DNA from: Thermoplasmata archaeon
GTDB lineage: Archaea > Thermoplasmatota > Thermoplasmata > RBG-16-68-12
Assembly (NCBI GenBank): GCA_035283405.1
Contig: DATEUA010000073.1
Coordinates: 1-48,995, forward strand
Direction: 5' to 3'
DNA length: 48,995 bases
Under the pieces are notes generated by a model. That model made no database searches. It was not told the origin of the DNA and worked only from the letters and a program-made list of their open reading frames with translations. Below are positions 28,666 through 36,276 of this stretch, piece after piece. Numbering within the stretch: position 1 is the stretch's first letter; each line of letters opens with the position of its first letter. Both the position numbers and the translations under genes were made by a program.

Positions 28666-28738
28666 CGGGCACGTGGGGATTTGAACCCCAGTCGGAGGCT
28701 CCGAAGGCCTCTAGCCTAGTCCACTAGCCTACGTGCCC
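28666..28738 (-). tRNA. tRNA-Arg (anticodon UCG), 73 nt, no intron, CCA not encoded
   Basis: Manual cloverleaf. Acceptor GGGCACG/CGUGCCC (7 bp); D arm GGCU-AGUGGACUA-GGCU (G-U, G-C, C-G, U-G); anticodon arm GAGGC-CUUCGGA-GCCUC. Variable loop CGAC; T arm UGGGG-UUCAAAU-CCCCA; discriminator G. Confidence 0.85.
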
Positions 28739-28760
28739 GGCGGCCGAACCGCCCGCCGTG

Positions 28761-28768
28761 ATAAAAGG
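28761..28768 (-). promoter_or_regulatory. TATA box upstream of tRNA-Arg
   Basis: Minus strand reads CCTTTTAT, 23-30 nt upstream of the mature tRNA 5' end. Confidence 0.55.
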
Positions 28769-28840
28769 GTTCTCCGAACGAGTCACGTCGAACACCAAGC
28801 CTTTTCACCGGCGTCGCGGTTCCGAAGCCGGTCTGTTTCA

Positions 28841-29305
28841 ATGAAGTGGGTTACGAGGGAACGAGCGAAGGTGGACCGGATCGCGTGCCCGTGGCTCATC
28901 ACGAAGTTCGTCGATCCCCAGGCGGAGTTCCTCTTCGTGCCCCCCGAAAAGGTGCTCGAGGTCGCGGCGCGAGACGGGGCAGTTCCCTTCGACGCGCCAG
29001 GGGTCGACCTGACGCACTACCAGGAAGAGGACGAGGAGCGGGTCAGCTTCGACGCGATCATCCGCAAGTACGGTCTGAGCGATCCCGCGCTGCTGGACCT
29101 CGCAGAGATCGTCCGCACGGCGGATGCCAAGGAAGGGCCCCACCCGAGGCCGGAAGGTGCCGGTTTGGCGGCCGCGGCCCTCGGCTTCCGGGAGATTGCC
29201 CGCGACGACCGGGAGAACATGCGCCTCCAGTTCCCACTGTACGACGCGCTCTACGCGTACTGCGGGGGGAAGGTGGGTCGCCGCGACGTGCACCGGAGCG
29301 GATGA
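28841..29305 (+). CDS. ChrB C-terminal-domain-like (chromate resistance domain) protein
   Basis: MKWVTRERAKVDRIACPWLITKFVDPQAEFLFVP matches the remembered signature of the Chrome_Resist domain. Start at ATG 28841. Confidence 0.65.
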   Translation: MKWVTRERAKVDRIACPWLITKFVDPQAEFLFVPPEKVLEVAARDGAVPFDAPGVDLTHYQEEDEERVSFDAIIRKYGLSDPALLDLAEIVRTADAKEGPHPRPEGAGLAAAALGFREIARDDRENMRLQFPLYDALYAYCGGKVGRRDVHRSG

Positions 29306-29341
29306 GGGGTCGCCCTGGTCTCCGCACTCACCCTTCTCATC

Positions 29342-30505
29342 GTGAACCGGGCCGTGCGTACGTTCGGGTACGGATTCACGGGCGTGCTCCTAGGCATCTA
29401 CTTATTCTTTCTCGGCGGCGGCCCCGAAGCCGTCGTGGCCTCTCTCGGAATCTCGCTCGCCACGGGCGCGGGCCTCAACGTGCTCGTGGGCCTGTACGCG
29501 GACCGGTTCGGCCGCCGGCGGGCGATGGTCCTCTTCGGGCTCCTGATGGCCGCCGCGGGGCTCTTCCTTGGGCTCGCACCGAACTTCCCCATGGCTGTGG
29601 GGGCGCTTGCCCTCGGCGCGACGAGCCCGACCGGGACGGAGGTAAGTCCATTCCTATCCGTGGAACAGTCGATCGTCGCGGAGGTCGCCCGTTCGGGCCG
29701 TCGTACCCGGGCGTTCGCACTGTACAACCTCCTGGGATCTCTCGGCGCGGCGGCAGGCGCGCTGGCAAGCGGCGTCCCCACGTTGCTCCTTGGAACCGTA
29801 CCGACAACCCCGGATCCGCTGCGTCCGATGTTTTTCCTGTATTCGGTCCTCGGATTCTTGGCGGCGGGGATCGCGACGCAGCTCCCGGCCGATGTCGAAA
29901 TCGGTCTGGCGCAGGACCGAGTTCCCCTCTCCCAGGCTTCGCGCACCCGTGTCGCTAGGATTTCGGGCCTCTTCGCGGTGGACAGTTTCGCGGGGGGCTT
30001 CGTGATCCAGAGTTTCGTTTCCTTCTGGTTCTTCACGACCTATCCGGAGTCGCGGGAAGTCCTCGGCGTCGTCTTCTTCGCTGCGGGCATTCTCACCGCA
30101 TTCTCATTCCTTGTCGCGGCGCGGCTCGGGGAGCGCTTCGGTCTTCTCGAGACGATGGTCTTCACCCATGTCCCGTCGAACGTGCTTCTCATCCTCGTGC
30201 CATTCGCGCCCGGCTTCGTCCCGGCCCTCGCACTGTACCTCGGACGGATGGCACTCTCCCAGATGGACGTGCCCACCCGTCAGGCGTTTCTTGCGGGAAT
30301 CGTCGACCGAGAGGAGCGAACCGCTGCGAACGCGGCGACGAACACCGCGAGGAATATCTCACAGGCCGCGGGACCGTTCTCCTCGGGCGCGGTCGTCTCA
30401 GCCCTGGGTCTCGCCGCTCCGTTCTTCATCGGCGGAGGTCTGAAGATTCTGTACGACGTCTCCATCTATGCGGCCTTCCGCCGTGTCGAGCCGACGGACG
30501 TGTGA
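29342..30505 (+). CDS. MFS transporter
   Basis: About 12 hydrophobic helices and the MFS loop motif ADRFGRRRAM between TM2 and TM3. GTG start. Confidence 0.8.
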   Translation: MNRAVRTFGYGFTGVLLGIYLFFLGGGPEAVVASLGISLATGAGLNVLVGLYADRFGRRRAMVLFGLLMAAAGLFLGLAPNFPMAVGALALGATSPTGTEVSPFLSVEQSIVAEVARSGRRTRAFALYNLLGSLGAAAGALASGVPTLLLGTVPTTPDPLRPMFFLYSVLGFLAAGIATQLPADVEIGLAQDRVPLSQASRTRVARISGLFAVDSFAGGFVIQSFVSFWFFTTYPESREVLGVVFFAAGILTAFSFLVAARLGERFGLLETMVFTHVPSNVLLILVPFAPGFVPALALYLGRMALSQMDVPTRQAFLAGIVDREERTAANAATNTARNISQAAGPFSSGAVVSALGLAAPFFIGGGLKILYDVSIYAAFRRVEPTDV

Positions 30506-30910
30506 TCAATCGCCGATGTGCCTTCGGTACTCCGCCGCGCCCATCAGCCTCGGCGCATCAGATGCATCCTGCATCTCAAGGATGACCATCCAACCCCCGC
30601 CGTACGGATCCTTGTTCACGGTTTCCGGGTGATCCTCGAGGGATCCGTTCGTCTCGATTACCGTTCCCGCGACGGGTGCGAGAATCTCGCTGACCGCCTT
30701 CACCGACTCCACGACGCCGAGCGGGTCGCCCGCCTTCACGACCTTTCCTGCCTGCGGCAACTCGACGTACACGACGTCCGTCAGCTCGGCCTGCGCGTGA
30801 TCCGTGATTCCGACGCGCGCCCGGCTCCCTTCGACCTTCGCCCACTCGTGGTCCGTCGTGTAGCGAAGCCCTTCGGGAACGTTCGACAAGGTCCGCCTGG
30901 GCGCCACCAT
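30506..30910 (-). CDS. gcvH: Glycine cleavage system H protein (lipoyl carrier)
   Basis: YTTDHEWAKV, VGITDHAQAELTDVVYVELP, VESVKAVSEILAPV (lipoyl-Lys) and DPYGGGWM. ATG at 30910. The in-frame TTG at 30889 gives MSNVPEGLRYTTDHEW, which matches the E. coli GcvH N-terminus MSNVPAELKY. Confidence 0.9.
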   Translation of the reverse strand: MVAPRRTLSNVPEGLRYTTDHEWAKVEGSRARVGITDHAQAELTDVVYVELPQAGKVVKAGDPLGVVESVKAVSEILAPVAGTVIETNGSLEDHPETVNKDPYGGGWMVILEMQDASDAPRLMGAAEYRRHIGD

Positions 30911-30917
30911 ACGGACG

Positions 30918-30925
30918 TATAAATA
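30918..30925 (-). promoter_or_regulatory. TATA box (TATTTATA on the minus strand) upstream of gcvH
   Basis: Only 8 nt from the ATG at 30910 but 29 nt from the TTG at 30889. Confidence 0.5.
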
Positions 30926-30938
30926 AGAGGGTTTCGTG

Positions 30939-31109
30939 TCAGCGACCCTTCCAATTCGCGCCCCAAGCCTGGTGGACGAAAATCTCCTCGCTCCGTATCT
31001 TGTGGATGCGCCGCACGACAAGCAAGATGATCATCAAGGAGGCGCCGCCGACGGCCAGGATCAGGTAGACCGGGTTCTCCGTCAGGAGGGCCACGAGTTC
31101 GTTGATCAT
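30939..31109 (-). CDS. Small single-pass membrane protein (56 aa)
   Basis: MINELVALLTENPVYLILAVGGASLMIILLVVRRIHKIR... Its ATG overlaps the stop of the upstream methyltransferase as ATGA (31106-31109). Confidence 0.45.
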   Translation of the reverse strand: MINELVALLTENPVYLILAVGGASLMIILLVVRRIHKIRSEEIFVHQAWGANWKGR

Positions 31110-31810
31110 GAGATGCCTCGACGTTCGCGACGGGCGATTGCGAAGTGGTTTCCGGGACCCCGGAAAAAGCTTTCCCCCCGAAGGCCGGACTCGATAATTA
31201 TTCGACGCAACTCTGCCTCGTCGAATAGATGATAATACCGTTGCACGACGGTCCCGTCCGGCAGGGTCCACGGGACCTCGACGTCTCCGCGACGCGTGGG
31301 AGGCATATGTGCGTGCTCTTTTCGGATACACGAGAACCTTGGTTGATCCAGGGCCCAAACGCTGATGAGAGCCACGCCGTCGGGGGACAGGACCCTCCGG
31401 ATTTCCCGGAGCGCTCGTATACGATCCGCGGTTGTTGGCATGTGATGGAGGACCGCCACACACGTGCATGCGTCGAAGCGCTCGGCCCGAAGGGGCAAAT
31501 CCGTCGCGTCGCCCTCGACCCAATGCGCCCGCAACGTCCGCGGCGCGAGGCGAAGCGCCTCCGCCCCAAGATGTAGCATTCGTCGAGAGAGGTCGACGCC
31601 GACGACAGAGTGTCCGGCGGACGCGAGGGGGAAGACGTGCCGCCCGCTCCCGCACCCCACGTCGAGTACGCGAGAGGCAGGAGGCAGCCCCTCCGCGAAG
31701 TCGACGACCTCGGGCCACGGTTCGCGCCGGGCCTGAGCGAACGATTCGGCGATCGCCTCATACGTCGCGCGCACGCGACCCCTCGATGGCACGAGGACGT
31801 CCGGCGTCAT
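31106..31810 (-). CDS. Trm9-like class I SAM-dependent methyltransferase
   Basis: TYEAIAESFAQARREPWPEV, VLDVGCGSGRH, FDACTCVAVLHHMPTTADRIRALREIRRVLSPDGVALISVWALDQ, DVEVPW and RYYHLFDEAEL parallel yeast Trm9 blocks as I recall them. Confidence 0.7.
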   Translation of the reverse strand: MTPDVLVPSRGRVRATYEAIAESFAQARREPWPEVVDFAEGLPPASRVLDVGCGSGRHVFPLASAGHSVVGVDLSRRMLHLGAEALRLAPRTLRAHWVEGDATDLPLRAERFDACTCVAVLHHMPTTADRIRALREIRRVLSPDGVALISVWALDQPRFSCIRKEHAHMPPTRRGDVEVPWTLPDGTVVQRYYHLFDEAELRRIIIESGLRGESFFRGPGNHFAIARRERRGIS

Positions 31811-33003
31811 GCGAAGAGGGAGACGCGCTCGAGCTCCGCGAGCAGGCGGGACCGGGCCGTCGCGGCGCTCGGGACCTCAGCGACGATACGCCCGCAATCC
31901 AGGTACTGTTCGTAGGCCCGACCCATCTTGCCACCGCACACGGGGCAGCTCCTCGACCCGACCTCGTACGTTCCGTCCTTCGGACATCGCAGGAGTTCCT
32001 TGCGGCCGCCAAACTTGCCACGCTTTGCGACGGGCTTCCCCCGTAGCTCCACGATGTCCAGGGCGAAGTCAATCGTCGGAGCATTGCTCAGGGAGGTGCC
32101 GACGCCGAAGCCGTCGACCCCCGCCTCGATGAGCCCGGGGATGGTTGCCTCGTCGATGGAACCGGATACGTGAATCTTCGCATCCTTGAAGCCGCGGAGG
32201 TTCAGTTCCCAACGGACTTCGCGCACGATGGCCGCGAAGTTGCCCCGCCGGGAGGCGGGCGTGTCGAGGCGGACCCCCGCGAGATCGGGGATCGCCTCCG
32301 CGGCCATGATCGCTTCCGTCTTCTCATCGTAGTACGTGTCGACGAGGGCGATTCGGGGGACCTTTTTCTCGAGGTGCTTGTGGAGCGCGAGGAACGCCTC
32401 CCGGGGACCGCCCATGACGATCGTCAGAGCGTGCGGCATCGTCCCCATGGCCGGGACGCGGAGCATCTCAGCCCCGAGGGGCGTCGTGATCGCATCGAGA
32501 CCGCCCACGAACACAGAGCGCTCGATGAGCGGTGCGATGCCGGGATGCATCCGCCGCACGCCGAACGAGGAGACCTGCTTTCCGGCCGCGACCTTCCGGA
32601 TCCGCGCGGCCTTCGTGGCGATGCCGCTCGCTTGGCACAGCATTCCCAGGAGAGGCGTCTCGAACAGGCCCCAGTCTCCGTAGGGCCCGTCCAGGGCGAG
32701 GACGGGGACCGGAATGCCCTCCGGCGTGCGCGGCGGGAAGATCGAGCCCTCCGGCAAGGCCCAGAGGCTCGCATTCTTGCCACGGAGGAGGTTCACGACC
32801 TCCTCGACCCCGCAGAGGACGCCCCACGGCCATCCGTTCGGCAGGCCCCCCGTGGTTGCCTCCGCGACGACAGGTTCGCGATCCCGCCCCGCCTTCCGGA
32901 GCACGTCCAGGGTCCGATGGAAATATACGTCCGACGTCTTCCCAGCTCGGATTTCCTCAGACGTCGCGACGAAGAAGTCCCGGTTCCTCGGCTCTTCGCC
33001 CAT
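31807..33003 (-). CDS. pncB: Nicotinate phosphoribosyltransferase, archaeal type with a C-terminal Zn ribbon
   Basis: TSDVYFHRT, a type II PRTase barrel pattern (GTMPHA, LVDTY, RLDTP), and a C-terminal CPKDG...CPVCGG. ATGA overlap with the downstream gene at 31807-31810. Confidence 0.8.
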   Translation of the reverse strand: MGEEPRNRDFFVATSEEIRAGKTSDVYFHRTLDVLRKAGRDREPVVAEATTGGLPNGWPWGVLCGVEEVVNLLRGKNASLWALPEGSIFPPRTPEGIPVPVLALDGPYGDWGLFETPLLGMLCQASGIATKAARIRKVAAGKQVSSFGVRRMHPGIAPLIERSVFVGGLDAITTPLGAEMLRVPAMGTMPHALTIVMGGPREAFLALHKHLEKKVPRIALVDTYYDEKTEAIMAAEAIPDLAGVRLDTPASRRGNFAAIVREVRWELNLRGFKDAKIHVSGSIDEATIPGLIEAGVDGFGVGTSLSNAPTIDFALDIVELRGKPVAKRGKFGGRKELLRCPKDGTYEVGSRSCPVCGGKMGRAYEQYLDCGRIVAEVPSAATARSRLLAELERVSLFA

Positions 33004-33031
33004 GGAGAACGCGGCGCGCTACCGCGTCGGG

Positions 33032-33039
33032 ATATATAG
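33032..33039 (-). promoter_or_regulatory. TATA box upstream of pncB
   Basis: ATATATAG lies 29-36 nt upstream of the ATG at 33003. It is bracketed by a perfect 8-bp inverted repeat (33004-33011 and 33041-33048). Confidence 0.5.
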
Positions 33040-33102
33040 ACGTTCTCCGGTCCGAATCGAAGGCGCTGGGAAGGTTCATGGGATCCGCAACGTTGAACCG
33101 AC

Positions 33103-34173
33103 GTGGACTTCCCCATCTTCGAACACCTGCACCTCTACGAGGGTCTGAGGGAGCTCGTGAACATCTCCTACTCGAATGTCGCGCCGTTCAGGCTCGGTGG
33201 CTTCGAGCGAGATCTCCCCCCGGATCTCGAGCTGGAATGGACAGACCCCGACGGCATGCCCGACCTGCGGCGGGCGATCGCCCGCCGGCATGGGGTCCCA
33301 CCGGATCGCGTGCTCGTCACCTCCGGCGCGACGGAAGCGAACTTCCTCGTGAACGCGGCCCTCGTTCGACCGGGAGACCGCGTCGTCGTCGACGCCCCGA
33401 CGTATTCACCCCTTCGGGACTGTCCGCGAGGTTTCGGAGCCTCGGTCCTCCCGGTCCTTCGCGACTGTGGAACCTGGTCCCTCGACCTCGATCGATGGAA
33501 TCGGGCCACGAAACCGAAGACGCGCCTCCTGGTCTTCGCGAACCTGAACAATCCTACGTCCGCGCCCCTCTCTCGCGGGGATCTAAGGGCTCTCGGGGAA
33601 CTCGCGGAGGAGCGCGAATCGCACGTCCTTGTGGACGAGACGTTCCGCGAGCTGGCCTTTGCCGGAACCCCGCCCAGCGCCGCCACGCTTGGCCCCCGGA
33701 TGATTTCCATCTCCACGGTCACGAAGCTGTACGGCCTCGGCGCCCTCCGGGTCGGCTGGATCGTCGCCGCCCCCGAGATCCTTCGCCGGATCCGACGCAT
33801 CAAGGACTACACGACCGTCGGTGGATCGTCCCCTGGGCAGATCCTCGCGACGTGGGCCCTCCAACGCCATCGTCGGTTCGCACAGCGGGCTCGCGCGATT
33901 CTGGACCGGAACCGCACGATCGTCCGCGAGCGGTTCGACGCGATCCCGTCGGTCGAGGGCGGCGTGCCTTCCGCGGGCACCGTGCTCTTCCCGCACTGCT
34001 CCCGATCCGTCGACAGACTGGCGTCCCGACTCGTGAGGAAATACCGGACGGTCATCGCCCCGGGGCGGTTTTTTGGCGTCAAGGACCACTTCCGACTTGG
34101 GCTGGGGGGCGACTCGGCGGAACTGGCGCAAGGGCTGGCGAACCTGGAGCGGGCCCTCAAGGACGTTCGCTAG
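33103..34173 (+). CDS. Class I/II PLP-dependent aminotransferase
   Basis: VTSGATEAN, the NLNNPT region, and STVTKLYGLGALRVGW (SxxK PLP lysine). GTG start. Confidence 0.8.
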   Translation: MDFPIFEHLHLYEGLRELVNISYSNVAPFRLGGFERDLPPDLELEWTDPDGMPDLRRAIARRHGVPPDRVLVTSGATEANFLVNAALVRPGDRVVVDAPTYSPLRDCPRGFGASVLPVLRDCGTWSLDLDRWNRATKPKTRLLVFANLNNPTSAPLSRGDLRALGELAEERESHVLVDETFRELAFAGTPPSAATLGPRMISISTVTKLYGLGALRVGWIVAAPEILRRIRRIKDYTTVGGSSPGQILATWALQRHRRFAQRARAILDRNRTIVRERFDAIPSVEGGVPSAGTVLFPHCSRSVDRLASRLVRKYRTVIAPGRFFGVKDHFRLGLGGDSAELAQGLANLERALKDVR

Positions 34174-35227
34174 ACGCGAGCGCTTCCGCGAAGGCCGCGT
34201 CGAGCTCGGCCGCGCGGACGGTCTCCTCAAGAGACACCCGTTCGTCCGGAACATGGATTCGGTCCGGCTCGCCCGGGCCGAACACGACGCAACGTGGGTT
34301 GTACTCCGCGTAGTAGGCCATCTCCGTCCCGTACGTCACCCCGACGGCATCCTCGCCCGTGAGCTCTCGGAGCCGTCGCACGTGAGGCGCCTCCGGGGAA
34401 ACGTCGGCAGGAGGGATCTCGTGGAACAGCTCCAAGGAAACCGGCTCGCGGGATGCCGAGATCGCGCGACGGAGCAGCGCTTCGACGTCCTCCTTCGTCG
34501 AGCCCGGAGGATGGCGGCAGTCGAGGTCGACCGCGCACGTGTCCGCCACGAGATTCGGCTTCGTGCCGCCGCGGATCGCGCCGAGGCTCACGGTGATATC
34601 CGTGAGGACGTTCGTCGGTCGCCCCAACGATTCGAGGTGCGGAAGGAGTCGAGACATCCGGTACACCGCGTTGTCTCCGAGATGCGGCGTGCTCCCGTGC
34701 GCGCTCCGGCCCTGGACCGACGCGTGGTACCAGAGGACTCCCTTCTCGCTCGTGACGGGTCGCAACCGGGTCGGCTCCGCGACGACGACGGCGGCCGCGT
34801 CTCGCACGAGAGGGGTCGTGGCAACCTTCCGGGCCCCGTCCATCGTGGTCTCCTCGTCGGTCGTGAAAAGGAGGGAGAAGGGCACGCCCGAATCGAGCAG
34901 GACGCGAGCCGCCGCGAGCTCGGCGACGCAACCCGCCTTCATGTCGGCCGTTCCCCGCCCGTAGAGAATGTCACCCTCCCACACGGCCTGCCCTTTCGTC
35001 CACCCCGTCGCGACAGGGACCGTGTCCAGATGGCCGTTGAACAGCACGCCGCCTCGGCCGGACGTCGCGAGGACGGCCTTCACGTGCTCTTCGACACGCG
35101 GTCGCAGCCCGAGGTCCTCAATCGTTGCGACCGCGAGTCGTAGGATCCCTGACATGTCTGTGTCCGGAGTCGAAGGGGTCCTCACGAAGTCCTCGAGCGT
35201 CTTCCGGACGTAGTTCTTCCGGTTCAT
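34157..35227 (-). CDS. M20-family metallopeptidase (ArgE/DapE-like deacylase)
   Basis: GHLDTVPV, GRGTADMKAG, TTDEET and the SAHGSTPHLG region. Confidence 0.8.
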   Translation of the reverse strand: MNRKNYVRKTLEDFVRTPSTPDTDMSGILRLAVATIEDLGLRPRVEEHVKAVLATSGRGGVLFNGHLDTVPVATGWTKGQAVWEGDILYGRGTADMKAGCVAELAAARVLLDSGVPFSLLFTTDEETTMDGARKVATTPLVRDAAAVVVAEPTRLRPVTSEKGVLWYHASVQGRSAHGSTPHLGDNAVYRMSRLLPHLESLGRPTNVLTDITVSLGAIRGGTKPNLVADTCAVDLDCRHPPGSTKEDVEALLRRAISASREPVSLELFHEIPPADVSPEAPHVRRLRELTGEDAVGVTYGTEMAYYAEYNPRCVVFGPGEPDRIHVPDERVSLEETVRAAELDAAFAEALASSERP

Positions 35228-35805
35228 GAGAGCCTCCGGTCCAGCTCGTTGTGCAGGAGTGTGATCGCGTGGTCCGTGTGGATCGCGCGGGGTCCCAGGC
35301 CGATCGTCAGGGCGACGCGATCTGCGAGGACGCGTTCCTCGGAGGCGTCCAGATCCGTGTTGTCCGAGAGCACGAAGGTCGCGTCGGCGGGAACATCGGC
35401 GAGACGGATATCCCTGCCGCCCTCTCGCAGATACACGAACGCGGGGCCGAGTCGATCGAGAGCCTCCGCGAACGTGGCACGGGATGCGATCACCCCGGGC
35501 GACGTCTCCCGCTCGATCCGAGAGGCGTGCTCAAGCGCGCGACGAAGGAGGGCCGCGTTGCTCCGGATGTCCGGCTGGAAGGACCGAAGGCGATCCCCGA
35601 GGAGCCGCACGAGCCGGGGGGGATCCGGAGGACCCAAGAGAAGGAGCCCGGCCTCGACATCGGCGCGCATTCCGTGGGCGAGGAGGAGGGCAGCGTTCGC
35701 GGCGTTCAGGAGGATGTCCATGCGCCCCGCACCGCCCGCGAGATCGTCAAGGGGGAATCCCGGTGACGTGGACGCTCGGTGCCCGACGACGAGAAACCGT
35801 CGCAC
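35224..35805 (-). CDS. trmY: tRNA (pseudouridine54-N1)-methyltransferase TrmY (SPOUT, DUF358)
   Basis: MRRFLVVGHRASTS..F.LDDLAGGAGRMDILLN and FVLSDNTDL. The size and pattern fit TrmY. ATGA overlap with the M20 gene. Confidence 0.75.
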   Translation of the reverse strand: MRRFLVVGHRASTSPGFPLDDLAGGAGRMDILLNAANAALLLAHGMRADVEAGLLLLGPPDPPRLVRLLGDRLRSFQPDIRSNAALLRRALEHASRIERETSPGVIASRATFAEALDRLGPAFVYLREGGRDIRLADVPADATFVLSDNTDLDASEERVLADRVALTIGLGPRAIHTDHAITLLHNELDRRLS

Positions 35806-35829
35806 GGAAGCGCGGAATCACGCACGCCC

Positions 35830-36276
35830 TTAAGCCTTCGCCGCCGCGGATGGGATCGGGAATCCCATCGAGGCCATGCGGGAGAGAACCTCTCGGAGTT
35901 TGTCGGAACAGTACTCGTCGTCCGTAATCTTCTCGAAGACCCCCGCGCTCAGGAACATGATTTCGGAACGGTCGAACAGTTCCATGTACGGGACCATGAC
36001 GAGCCGGAGGACGCCCTGGCCGCCCGATGCGTAGATCTGGGCCTCCGCCCCGACGCGCTTGCCCGCCTTCATCAAGGACCCGAAGGGCACGAACTTGCTC
36101 ACCGCGTAGGCCTTCGCCTTGCTGCCGAGGACGGCCTTGTGCACGAAGGCTGTGCCGGTCCACTCGCGCTTCCGTATGTCGAACCCCGACTCGACGAGGG
36201 CTTTCTCATAGGCTCCAAGGATGTCTTGGGGTGTGCGGCCTGGGAAGACGAGTTGGGCGGTTGCGCCGGACGTCAT
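35830..36276 (-). CDS. Hypothetical protein (148 aa), no family recognised
   Basis: MTSGATAQLVFPGRTPQDILGAYEKALVESGFDI... Its ATG overlaps the mutY stop as ATGA (36273-36276). The third codon position is GC-rich. Confidence 0.55.
   Translation of the reverse strand: MTSGATAQLVFPGRTPQDILGAYEKALVESGFDIRKREWTGTAFVHKAVLGSKAKAYAVSKFVPFGSLMKAGKRVGAEAQIYASGGQGVLRLVMVPYMELFDRSEIMFLSAGVFEKITDDEYCSDKLREVLSRMASMGFPIPSAAAKA

Noticed and set aside
32532-34313. 593-aa plus-strand ORF
   Set aside because: R/P/G-rich. It overlaps pncB in antisense and the class I/II aminotransferase out of frame.
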